NCBI GenBank assembly: GCA_002069765.1
Contig: MWBZ01000005.1
Coordinates: 42,214-106,213 of the forward strand
Length of the DNA: 64,000 nucleotides
Source of the DNA: a bacterium ADurb.Bin243
GTDB taxonomy: Bacteria > Muiribacteriota > UBA9980
Direction of reading: 5' to 3'
Part shown: positions 19,029 to 27,708 of the stretch, one piece after another
How positions within the stretch are numbered: the first letter of the stretch is position 1
Layout: every line of letters starts with the position of its first letter
Notes under the pieces: generated by a model
What the model was told of the DNA's origin: nothing
The model's input: the letters and a program-made list of their open reading frames with translations, nothing else
Database searches by the model: none
Position numbers and translations under genes: made by a program

Positions 19029-19730
19029 ATGGGTAAAGCTCTGGACAAAGAAATCGAAAGCCTCAAGGGCATGATAAACGAGATGACCATAATCGCGCGC
19101 GCGATGGTGAAAGACGTTATGGAAGGGCTCGTCAGGCGCGATAAAACCTTCTTCGCTAAAATCGGGGAAATGGAAGAGAGCGTCAACAGGTACGAAATGG
19201 AATCGGACGATTTGAGCTGGAAGATAATAGCCCTGCGCCAGCCTATGGGCGCGGACCTTCGTTTCGTTCTCGCCGCCCGCAAAATAAATTCGGTTTTAGA
19301 GCGCACCGCCGACGAGGCCGTAAATATATTTAAAAAAGTGGAATATTTGATATCGGTCCCCGAGCTCAAGCCGCTGATCGATCTTCCCCGCATGACCGAG
19401 ATGGCTATGGACGCGCTAACGCTCGCGGTGGAAACTATTTACAGCGCCGACATGGACGCCGCCCGCGAGATATGCATCAACGACAGCGTTATAGATAATT
19501 TGCGCGACCAGATACACCGCGAGCTTCTCACCTATATGCAGGAATCGCCCGATAACATACAGCGCGCCCTCAATCTGATGATGATTGCCAAAAGTCTCGA
19601 AAGAATAGGCGATATGGCCACCGACATAGCGGAGGACGCCATATATTACCATCAGGGCAAGGATATCCGCCACCACGCCGAAAGCGACGAGGAATTCAAG
19701 AAAAATTATAAAAAGAAAGAAAAGAAATAA
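19029..19730 (+). CDS. phoU: Phosphate uptake regulator.
   Basis: Two PhoU repeats (MGADLRFVLAARKINSVLERTADEAVNI and ALNLMMIAKSLERIGDMATDIAEDAIYY). GGAG RBS before the ATG at 19029. Confidence 0.9.
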   Translation: MGKALDKEIESLKGMINEMTIIARAMVKDVMEGLVRRDKTFFAKIGEMEESVNRYEMESDDLSWKIIALRQPMGADLRFVLAARKINSVLERTADEAVNIFKKVEYLISVPELKPLIDLPRMTEMAMDALTLAVETIYSADMDAAREICINDSVIDNLRDQIHRELLTYMQESPDNIQRALNLMMIAKSLERIGDMATDIAEDAIYYHQGKDIRHHAESDEEFKKNYKKKEKK

Positions 19731-19741
19731 GCCGTCTCTAT

Positions 19742-20860
19742 TCAATCTATGGTTCTACGGAACCTCATAACCGAAAACGCGAGAATGGCGAAAGATATAA
19801 ACGCCATGGCGGCGTATTGCGGATAGAGCACTTCCATGCCCACGCCTTTTAAAAACACTCCGCGCACGATGATCAGAAAATATCTCAGCGGAATCAGAAA
19901 CGTCAAATATTGAACTATTTCGGGCATATTGACGATCGGAAAAACGAAGCCTGAAAGCGTAAAAGCCGGCAGCATGAAAAACGTCGTGACCAGCATGGCC
20001 TGCTGCTGCGTCTGGCTTATCGTGGATATGAAAATGCCTATTCCGAGGTTGCTTAAAAGGTAAATGACGACGCCGCAAAGAAGCAGGGAGTAGCTTCCGC
20101 GCACGGGTATTTCAAACCACAGGACCGCCGCTATGACTATTATTGCGGCCTGGACTATCCCGATAAGCATGAAGGGCAGCGTTTTGCCTATAACGATTTC
20201 TATGGGCCTTATCGGTGTCACAAGCAGCTGCTCGATGGTGCCGATCTCTTTTTCGCGCACTATCGCCATCGAGGTAAGCATGACGGTTATGAGCATCAAT
20301 ATATTTCCGATAATTCCGGGCACGAAAAAATCTTTGGATTCGAGCGACTGGTTGAACCACGCGCGCGGCTCCACGGTCACGGCGTTTATCTTGATGGGCG
20401 ATCTTCCCGCCGTTTTGAGCTTTTCGTTGATTTTCTGGATTTTCGAAACCTGTATTTGCCTCAGGTATTTGTAGGATATCATATTTAAGTAATTGGTTAC
20501 GGTTATGGCGTTGTTGGAGTCTATTCCGTCGTGCACCGCCTGCACGCCGCACAATCCTAGCCCGCAGGATATCGCGCTGGAGTCTATTTCGCGTTTTATG
20601 TCGTCGCTGTTCGCGAGGTATTTCACGGTCTTGAAATATTTATTGGATTCGATATGCGCAATGAAATCGCGCGACGCGGTGGTTCTGTCGTAATCCACTA
20701 TGGCGGTTTTTATGTTTTTGACGTCGAAATTAACCGCGTAGCCGAAGACTACCAGCTGTATTATCGGCGGCAGGAACAGCAGGACCACGAGGCGCGGGTT
20801 CCTGAAAGTCTGGTTAAGCTCTTTTTTTAAAATCTGCAATACTTTATTCAATGAAAACAT
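19742..20860 (-). CDS. ABC-2 family exporter permease (YbhR/YbhS-like).
   Basis: N-terminal cytoplasmic segment, large periplasmic loop, then a 6-TM C-terminal domain. Confidence 0.8.
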   Translation of the reverse strand: MFSLNKVLQILKKELNQTFRNPRLVVLLFLPPIIQLVVFGYAVNFDVKNIKTAIVDYDRTTASRDFIAHIESNKYFKTVKYLANSDDIKREIDSSAISCGLGLCGVQAVHDGIDSNNAITVTNYLNMISYKYLRQIQVSKIQKINEKLKTAGRSPIKINAVTVEPRAWFNQSLESKDFFVPGIIGNILMLITVMLTSMAIVREKEIGTIEQLLVTPIRPIEIVIGKTLPFMLIGIVQAAIIVIAAVLWFEIPVRGSYSLLLCGVVIYLLSNLGIGIFISTISQTQQQAMLVTTFFMLPAFTLSGFVFPIVNMPEIVQYLTFLIPLRYFLIIVRGVFLKGVGMEVLYPQYAAMAFISFAILAFSVMRFRRTID

Positions 20861-20896
20861 TATAACTCACCTCGAAAAGCGTTTCCGTAAAAACGT

Positions 20897-22030
20897 TCAC
20901 TCCAGACGCTTTTTAAATTTTTTGTTTGCCAGTACGAATAAGACAAGGCAGTATATCGAAAGCATGGCCATGTCGTAAAATAAAATTTCGAATCCCACGC
21001 CCTTTAAAAAAATATTTTTAAGTATTTTAACGAAATAAGTAGCCGGAAAAAATTGCGACATTATCTGCAGGATTATGGGCATATTTTCTATCGTAAAAGC
21101 GAACCCGGAAAGCAAAATCGCCGGCAGAAACGCGGTTAAAAGCGAGAGCTGATTGGCGATAAGCTGCGATTTTCCGGCTATTGAAATCAGTATTCCAAAC
21201 GACATTGCGCCGACTAAAAAAATCGAGCCCATAATGAATAACGTAAGATACGATCCGTGGAAAGGCACTTTAAACAATAAAATGCCCATGATTACCGATA
21301 TGAAAACGTCGATATAACCTATAGTTACGTAAGGGATCAGCTTTCCTATTATCAGCTCGCGGCCTCGCACGGGGGTGGAAATAAGCTGTTCCATGGTGCC
21401 TCTTTCCCATTCGCGGGCTATGGTGAGCGATGTTATCATGGCTGAAATTACGGTCATAATAACGGCTATCAGGCCGGGAACTATATAGTTTTTGCTTTCG
21501 AGCTCGGGGTTGAACCATACTATCTGGCGCATTTCGAGAGGCGGCTCTATTTTTTTCATGCCCGCCGCCGTCATTTTTTCGTTGAGCAATTCGTTTGAAA
21601 AAATAGAGATCATATTGCTGAGGTAACCCAGGCCTATGGTTGCGCGGTTGGCGTCGCTGCCGTCGATATCCACTCCTATGGCGGGCGATTCGCCGTTAGC
21701 CAGCCTTTTTTCGAATCCGGCCGGAACGCACATCATGATAGCGGCGCGGCCGTACATTATATGCTCTTCGGCTTCCTTCATCGAGGCCGGATAGTCGACG
21801 ACGTTGAAAAAACGGCTTTTGGATATCCTCGACACCAGTTCGCGGCTTTTCGGCGAATTGTCGAAATCGCATATGACCGTTTCGATCCGGTCCACGTCGA
21901 GGTTGAGCGCCCAGCCGAATAAAACCAGCAGCATGACCGGTATGAAAATCGACGCGAAAAGGCTTTTCGAGTCTCTGAGTATATGGATGAATTCTTTTCT
22001 GGCAATGGCTTTTGTTCTTTTTATATTCAT
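20897..22030 (-). CDS. ABC-2 family exporter permease (paralog).
   Basis: Same architecture as 19742-20860. Confidence 0.8.
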   Translation of the reverse strand: MNIKRTKAIARKEFIHILRDSKSLFASIFIPVMLLVLFGWALNLDVDRIETVICDFDNSPKSRELVSRISKSRFFNVVDYPASMKEAEEHIMYGRAAIMMCVPAGFEKRLANGESPAIGVDIDGSDANRATIGLGYLSNMISIFSNELLNEKMTAAGMKKIEPPLEMRQIVWFNPELESKNYIVPGLIAVIMTVISAMITSLTIAREWERGTMEQLISTPVRGRELIIGKLIPYVTIGYIDVFISVIMGILLFKVPFHGSYLTLFIMGSIFLVGAMSFGILISIAGKSQLIANQLSLLTAFLPAILLSGFAFTIENMPIILQIMSQFFPATYFVKILKNIFLKGVGFEILFYDMAMLSIYCLVLFVLANKKFKKRLE

Positions 22031-22998
22031 ATTTTATACGCCCCGTTTTTTTTAGCCGAAGCCCTGTCCGCTTCGGCGATCGCGAGCACGAAAATATCTT
22101 CGAGCGACGGCGTCGTTCTTTCGAGAGAATGAAAAAGTATATTATTTTTTTCGCATATTTTCCTGACGGCGGCTTCGCTTTCTGATTTATTCAGTGCGCT
22201 TACCAGATGGATAGATTCGCCGAAAACATTGACTTCGGGAAATTCTTTTTCTTCGCAGAGCAGCTCGTACAGCGCCGCCGGCGATGAAGAAACGACTTTA
22301 TATATGTTCTGGTCCTCCCTGCCGGTCTTTAATTCGCCAGGCGTGCCTGATATTACGACTTTGCCTTTATAGATCAAAACCAGATAATCGCAGTATTCGG
22401 CTTCTTCCATATAATGCGTGGTAACGAAAACGGTTATGCCGCCCGCCGCGAATTCGTGAATGACCTCCCAGAAGTTCCGCCGCGATATCGGATCGACGCC
22501 GGATGTGGGTTCGTCCAGAAATAAAAAATCCGGCCTGTGAAGTATGGCGCATCCGAGCGCCAGGCGCTGTTTTATTCCGCCAGGAAGTATTCTGGTCAGG
22601 GCGTCTCGTTTGTCTTCGAGGCCGGCGAGTTTAAGCGCTATTTCGGAGCGTTCCTGGAGCTTTTCGCCGGACAGGCCGTATAAAGAGCCGAAAAATTTTA
22701 TGTTTTCCATGACGCTCAAATCGTCGTATAGCGAAAATTTTTGAGACATGTAGCCTATGTTTTTTTTGATGTTTTCGGAGTCTTTCATGATGTCGAGCCC
22801 GCCGATACGGCCGCTGCCCGCGCTCGGCGTCAAAAGGCCGCAGAGCATCTTTATCGTGGTGGACTTTCCGGCGCCGTTCGGGCCGAGAAAACCGAAAATG
22901 CTGCCTTTTTTTACGTCGAAGGTTATTCCGTCGACCGCGTTGAAATCGCCGAATTTTTTATACAGGTCTTTTACCGAAACCGCTATTTCATTGTTCAT
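22027..22998 (-). CDS. ABC transporter ATP-binding protein.
   Basis: GPNGAGKSTT, LSGGIKQRLALGCAI, FLDEPTSGVDP. Confidence 0.85.
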   Translation of the reverse strand: MNNEIAVSVKDLYKKFGDFNAVDGITFDVKKGSIFGFLGPNGAGKSTTIKMLCGLLTPSAGSGRIGGLDIMKDSENIKKNIGYMSQKFSLYDDLSVMENIKFFGSLYGLSGEKLQERSEIALKLAGLEDKRDALTRILPGGIKQRLALGCAILHRPDFLFLDEPTSGVDPISRRNFWEVIHEFAAGGITVFVTTHYMEEAEYCDYLVLIYKGKVVISGTPGELKTGREDQNIYKVVSSSPAALYELLCEEKEFPEVNVFGESIHLVSALNKSESEAAVRKICEKNNILFHSLERTTPSLEDIFVLAIAEADRASAKKNGAYKI

Positions 22999-23036
22999 AT
23001 CTTCACCTATATCAATTTAATGCCATGGTTGAAGGT

Positions 23037-23993
23037 TTATGCCATTCTTTCTATAAAAATATCTTCGAGGTTCGGGGAGCCGGGGCTGAACGAAAAAAGC
23101 CCTATTTTCGCTTCTGCCAGATCGGCTTTGATTTTTTCTTCGATAAATTCGCGTGAAACTTTGGAATTAGTGAATAAATGTATTGCAGGGCCCATTACGA
23201 GTGCCGATACTATGTCGGGGATTTTTTTTAATATATCGATCGCGCCGAATTTGTCGCTTACTTCGATCCGCCACATCGTGTTTTTCGATGATTTTTTAAG
23301 GTTCTGCGGAGTGTCGATTGAACCTATCCTGCCCCGGTTTATAAAGGCGATGCGGTTGCAGCGTTCGGCTTCGTCCAGATAGGTTGTTGAAACGAAAACC
23401 GTGAGGCCGGTTTTAAGCATTTCGTGCAGTATTTTCCAGAATTCGCGGCGCGAAACCGGGTCCACGCCGTTGGTAGGTTCGTCCAGCAATAAAAGCTTCG
23501 GAGTGTGTATTAGCGCGCAGGTAAGGCCGAGCTTCTGTTTCATGCCGCCGGAAAGCCTTCCTGCGAGGCGGTTTTTGAAGGGAGTCATCCTGCAGAAGTC
23601 CAGGAGCTCTTCAATGCGCGAGTCCAGGCCGGCGCCGCGTTTCATGTCGTATAGATCGGCGTAAAAGAGGATGTTTTCCATTACTGTGAGGTCTTCGTAC
23701 AGGCCGAAGCGCTGCGGCATATAAGCTATGAGGTCTGACAATCCTGGCTGTTCGGTTTTTAAATCGTAGCCGGCCACGTTTACCGTTCCTGCGTCGAAGT
23801 CCATAAGGCCGGCAAGGATTCTCATAATGGTGGTTTTGCCGGCGCCGTCCGGGCCGAGCATACCGAATATTTCCCCCCGGCGCACGTCGAAAGAAATGCC
23901 GGAAAGCGCTTCCAGCGAGGCGAATTTTTTGTGCAGGCCCTTTACCGATATGGCGGGGCCGTTTTCTGAAATGGATGCGGCATGCGTTTGCAT
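23037..23993 (-). CDS. ABC transporter ATP-binding protein (second).
   Basis: GPDGAGKTT, LSGGMKQKLGLTCAL, LLLDEPTNGVDP. Confidence 0.85.
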   Translation of the reverse strand: MQTHAASISENGPAISVKGLHKKFASLEALSGISFDVRRGEIFGMLGPDGAGKTTIMRILAGLMDFDAGTVNVAGYDLKTEQPGLSDLIAYMPQRFGLYEDLTVMENILFYADLYDMKRGAGLDSRIEELLDFCRMTPFKNRLAGRLSGGMKQKLGLTCALIHTPKLLLLDEPTNGVDPVSRREFWKILHEMLKTGLTVFVSTTYLDEAERCNRIAFINRGRIGSIDTPQNLKKSSKNTMWRIEVSDKFGAIDILKKIPDIVSALVMGPAIHLFTNSKVSREFIEEKIKADLAEAKIGLFSFSPGSPNLEDIFIERMA

Positions 23994-24019
23994 AATTATT
24001 TCCTTTGCTTCAGAATGCT

Positions 24020-25225
24020 CTACAATATTATTTTTACGTCCACGGGCATTCCCAGTTTGAGCTCCTGCGAGCTGTTGTCTACGTTTATTTTAACGCGGTA
24101 CACGAGCTTTACCCTTTCTCTTTTGGTCTGAACGTTTTTGGGAGTGAATTCGGCCTCTGGCGATATGTACGAAACGTATCCGCCGTATGTTTTTTCTGGA
24201 AAGCTGTCTGAGACGATCTGCGCTTTATGCCCTATCTTTATTTTGCCCATGTCTTCTTCGGGAATATAGCCGCGCACCCATACGTCGGTTAAATTGGCGA
24301 GGACCGCCACCGACGAGGCCGAGCCCACCACTTCGGAAGTTTCGCTTATTTTTTCTATTATAATGCCGTCTTCGGGGGCCTGCAATATTGAATCGCTTAA
24401 CTTATTCGTTATCGAATCTATATCGGATTTTTTGACTTCGATCTCCCGCTTTAAGGATTCGAGGTCGCATTCCGCTTTCTTCGCCTGAAACGCCAGGGCC
24501 TCCGCGCCTTTGAGCTGGGCCCTGGCCTGCTCCACGCCGGCCTTCATTACGGCTATGGTTTCGCGTCTCGCGCCTTCTTTTAACAGGTTATACTGCTCTT
24601 CGGCGGAGCGTTTCAGTTGTTCGGCCGCAAGCAGTTGAGATTTTACGGTGTCCAGCGATTGAGTGGTGACCGAGCCGGATTTGCTCAATTCGAGATAGCG
24701 CTTGTAATCTTTGGAGAGCTTTTCGAGCTCGATCGACGCCTTGTTGAGCGCCGCTCTGGCCTGCTCTATCTGCTGTTCCCTGTTTCCCGCGAGAGCTTCG
24801 TCGAGGCGGGCCTGCGCCGCGCTTATATTCGCCTGCGCAAGAAGCGTCTGGCTCTGGTGGTTTGCTTTTTGAAACTCGATCAAGGCCTCTATCTGGGGTT
24901 TTAACGATTCCGCGTACAGCAGGGCGTTTTCAGCCTTCTTTTTCTGTATTTCGAGATCGCTCGTGTCGAGGGCGGCGATGATTTCGCCTTTTTTTACCTT
25001 GAACCCTTCGTCCACGTTCATCCGCTCGATTTTGCCGGAATTTTTGAACGACAACCCTATTTTTTTATATTCGATCACGCCGGAAATTTCAACGGATCCG
25101 GAGGCGCCGCTCGCGCCGGAAGCCCCGCTCGGAGCCGAAGCGAAGAGGCCGAAAAAAAACGATATTGAAATCGCGCCCGCCGCGGCCGCTAATAAAAGTT
25201 TGCTTTTGTCGATGTTGCCAGCCAT
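24020..25225 (-). CDS. HlyD-family membrane fusion / periplasmic adaptor protein.
   Basis: TM anchor, long coiled-coil, beta-barrel C-terminus; gene order matches ybhG-type operons. Confidence 0.85.
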   Translation of the reverse strand: MAGNIDKSKLLLAAAAGAISISFFFGLFASAPSGASGASGASGSVEISGVIEYKKIGLSFKNSGKIERMNVDEGFKVKKGEIIAALDTSDLEIQKKKAENALLYAESLKPQIEALIEFQKANHQSQTLLAQANISAAQARLDEALAGNREQQIEQARAALNKASIELEKLSKDYKRYLELSKSGSVTTQSLDTVKSQLLAAEQLKRSAEEQYNLLKEGARRETIAVMKAGVEQARAQLKGAEALAFQAKKAECDLESLKREIEVKKSDIDSITNKLSDSILQAPEDGIIIEKISETSEVVGSASSVAVLANLTDVWVRGYIPEEDMGKIKIGHKAQIVSDSFPEKTYGGYVSYISPEAEFTPKNVQTKRERVKLVYRVKINVDNSSQELKLGMPVDVKIIL

Positions 25226-25301
25226 TTAAATCATCTCGCTTTCAAATAAGTGTTTAATTATTAATTTTATTTATGATTTTAAGTTCTGCCAGGGTTCGTT
25301 T

Positions 25302-26039
25302 TTAATTTGCGTTCTTTTTAAGCGCGCCGTTTAAGAAAATCGACGTAAAAAATTTTACCACCGTGTTTTCGTCGTATGCCTCGAGTTCTTTTCCAAGGAG
25401 TATTTCCTGCATCATATTGTAGGCTAAAAACATTCCGAGAAAAGCCCTGGCCAGAAGTTTAGGGTCCGCCCGGCCTATGGTCCCGTCGCATATTTCTTGT
25501 TGCATGAGCCCGGATATCATTTCGATCGCCCTGTTGGGAACCGTTTCGAAAAACGCCCTGGACATTTCGGGCCGGGTTATAGTTTCGGCGAGCAGCATTC
25601 TGAAATCGCCGGAACGCTGCTTGAATATTTTAATGAAATTAAACGCTATATATTCGAGTTTTTCTTTAAGCCCGTAGTTTTTGATCGTAGAAAAGATTTC
25701 CGAGCTCATCGAAATCATGCTCATATTTTTAACGATCTCGAAAAATATATCTTCTTTGGATTTAAAATGCCGGTAAAGCGTAATTTCCGTAATACCCGCC
25801 TCCGCGGCTATTTCTTTAGTCGTCGCGCCCTTGAATCCTTTTTTAGAAAAAAGTCCGGCGGCCGCCTGAAGTATTTTGCCGTGCGTATTTTCGAATCTTT
25901 CTTTAGGCTTTTGCCGGCTTTCGGCGCCGGGACTTTTTGGAAATTCCGTTTGGCCGAGCGGCTCCGTTTGTTTTTTGGCCGCCGTTTCAGGCGCGGAGTT
26001 TTTAATTTTTTTTTGGATTTTTTTATCGGCTTTAAACAT
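25302..26039 (-). CDS. TetR-family transcriptional regulator with an ~55-aa Lys-rich N-terminal extension. Start placed at the ATG at 26039.
   Basis: HTH TKEIAAEAGITEITLYRHFKSKEDIF. The track ORF extends to 26141 and would overlap the operator palindrome. Confidence 0.75.
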   Translation of the reverse strand: MFKADKKIQKKIKNSAPETAAKKQTEPLGQTEFPKSPGAESRQKPKERFENTHGKILQAAAGLFSKKGFKGATTKEIAAEAGITEITLYRHFKSKEDIFFEIVKNMSMISMSSEIFSTIKNYGLKEKLEYIAFNFIKIFKQRSGDFRMLLAETITRPEMSRAFFETVPNRAIEMISGLMQQEICDGTIGRADPKLLARAFLGMFLAYNMMQEILLGKELEAYDENTVVKFFTSIFLNGALKKNAN

Positions 26040-26126
26040 ATTCGCACTCTTTCGATAAATTTGTCCGCTCTTGCCGCTAAACCAACCCGCGGCCGATTCT
26101 ATATATCTATCGGCGGTTTTTTTATA

Positions 26127-26152
26127 AAAGTAAGTAAGCACTTACTTACTTT
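26127..26152. promoter_or_regulatory. Perfect palindrome AAAGTAAGTAAG-ca-CTTACTTACTTT (12-bp arms), a candidate TetR operator.
   Basis: Read directly. It lies ~90 bp upstream of the tetR start, in the divergent intergenic region. Confidence 0.5.
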
Positions 26153-26631
26153 TAATTATATCACGTCGGTTCAATAATGTCAATGGAATTTTTAATGTTT
26201 TTAACTTGCGCCGTCCGGAAAAGATCGAAAGCTTTTAAAAACGGTTAAAATAAGCGGCCGAATTAACCGGAAAAACAATTATGTGAATGCCCGCTTGACT
26301 TTTAAGCTTTTTAATTTTAATTATATAAGATGAACAATTTTAAATATTTGACTTTATACATGTCTTTATGATGAAACCGATTTTTGAATAACTGAAAAGG
26401 AGAGCGCCGGACATGGATCTTACAACCAGACTATTTTCTAAAATCGTACTTATATTCCGGCAGACTCGTGCCCTTTTTAGCTTCGGCCGCCATGCAGCCT
26501 TATTTTATCGGCCGGCTGGTTTGCTTTTATGCTTCTTAAGACTCCGCTTTGCCCGCGTTTATTACGCGGCGCCATGCGGAGTTTTTTATTGTCATGCCGT
26601 CTTTTAACGGATTTTTTTCAGGAGGTGCCAG

Positions 26632-27696
26632 ATGAACAGATTTATAACAGCTGTTGAAGCGTTTTCTATATTCTTATCCGCGCTCCTTTTTTATGCGCTC
26701 CCTTTGCTGGCCGAGGAAAAAAACGTAGGCGTTCTTTACTGGTCGCAAAACATAGCGGGCCAGGTGGCTATGAGCCGCGGCCTCGAAGACGAGGCCGAAA
26801 GAATTAACAAACGGGCGGCCGCTTCGGGAGGGCATACCGTGAAGCTGCACACGCGTGTTGCCGGCGACGGCTCTGACGGCATAGAAAAGCAGGTACGCCA
26901 GATGAAAGAGCTTATCGAAGCTAAAATGGATATCATAATAGTCCAGCCCACCGATAATGCCGCTCTCGCAGTGCCTCTTGTGCAGGCTAACGCGGCGGGT
27001 ATTCCGGTGGTGGCTTATGATCAGTATATCAGCGGCGGCGTGCTGGCGGCGTTTCGTACGTCAGATAATTATCAGGCGGGCTATCTCGACGGAGAATATA
27101 TAACTTCTAAATTTTCTCTGGGAGAAACTATAAGCGTAGTGCTGGTCGAGTATCCTCATGTTTCGTCCACGGTGGAGCGCGTGAACGGGTTTCTCGACGC
27201 TTTGAGCGAGTGTGGCCGCGCTTATAAAATATGCGCATCCTATCAGGCCGTTGAACCCGTCAGAGGCCGTAAGGCGGCGGCCGATATTTTGCGCGATTTT
27301 CCGAAGCGCGGCGATATAAACGTCGTTTTTACCGTAAACGACGGCGGCGGTCTCGAAGTTGTCGATGCTCTTTCGGCTGCGGGGAGGAACGAAATTTTAA
27401 TCGCCACCATAGACGGAGATCCCAAATCGGTGGAAAATATTAAAAACGGAAAGCTTACCGTTATAGATTCGGCCCAGTTTTGCGGCCCGCTCGGCGCTGA
27501 AGCCATGAAGGCGGCCTTTGCCATTTTAAACGGTGAAAAACCTCCGTATCACGCCCTGGTTCCGACATTTCCGGTAACGGCGGAAACGGTCGGGCTTTAT
27601 CCGGGCTGGCTCGGGCCGATACCCGATAAACTCGAAAAAAAATGGAAAAGCCTTTCTCCGCAATGGCGAGGAGAATTAAAGATAATAAAAAAATGA
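26632..27696 (+). CDS. Periplasmic-binding-protein (type I, sugar-binding-like) domain protein, membrane anchored. Probably the ligand-binding partner of the adjacent hybrid kinase.
   Basis: VGVLYWSQNIAG...DIIIVQPTDNAALAVPLVQANAAGIPVVAYDQYI, a Peripla_BP-like pattern. AGGAGG RBS. The next gene begins 12 nt after the stop. Confidence 0.7.
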   Translation: MNRFITAVEAFSIFLSALLFYALPLLAEEKNVGVLYWSQNIAGQVAMSRGLEDEAERINKRAAASGGHTVKLHTRVAGDGSDGIEKQVRQMKELIEAKMDIIIVQPTDNAALAVPLVQANAAGIPVVAYDQYISGGVLAAFRTSDNYQAGYLDGEYITSKFSLGETISVVLVEYPHVSSTVERVNGFLDALSECGRAYKICASYQAVEPVRGRKAAADILRDFPKRGDINVVFTVNDGGGLEVVDALSAAGRNEILIATIDGDPKSVENIKNGKLTVIDSAQFCGPLGAEAMKAAFAILNGEKPPYHALVPTFPVTAETVGLYPGWLGPIPDKLEKKWKSLSPQWRGELKIIKK

Positions 27697-27708
27697 TGAT
27701 TTAAAGAG

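Noticed and set aside
25497-26177. 226-aa plus-strand ORF antisense to the TetR gene, and the N-terminal 34 codons (26040-26141) of the TetR track ORF.
   Set aside because: Phe/Arg/Lys-rich nonsense translation. The extended TetR start would run through the operator palindrome.
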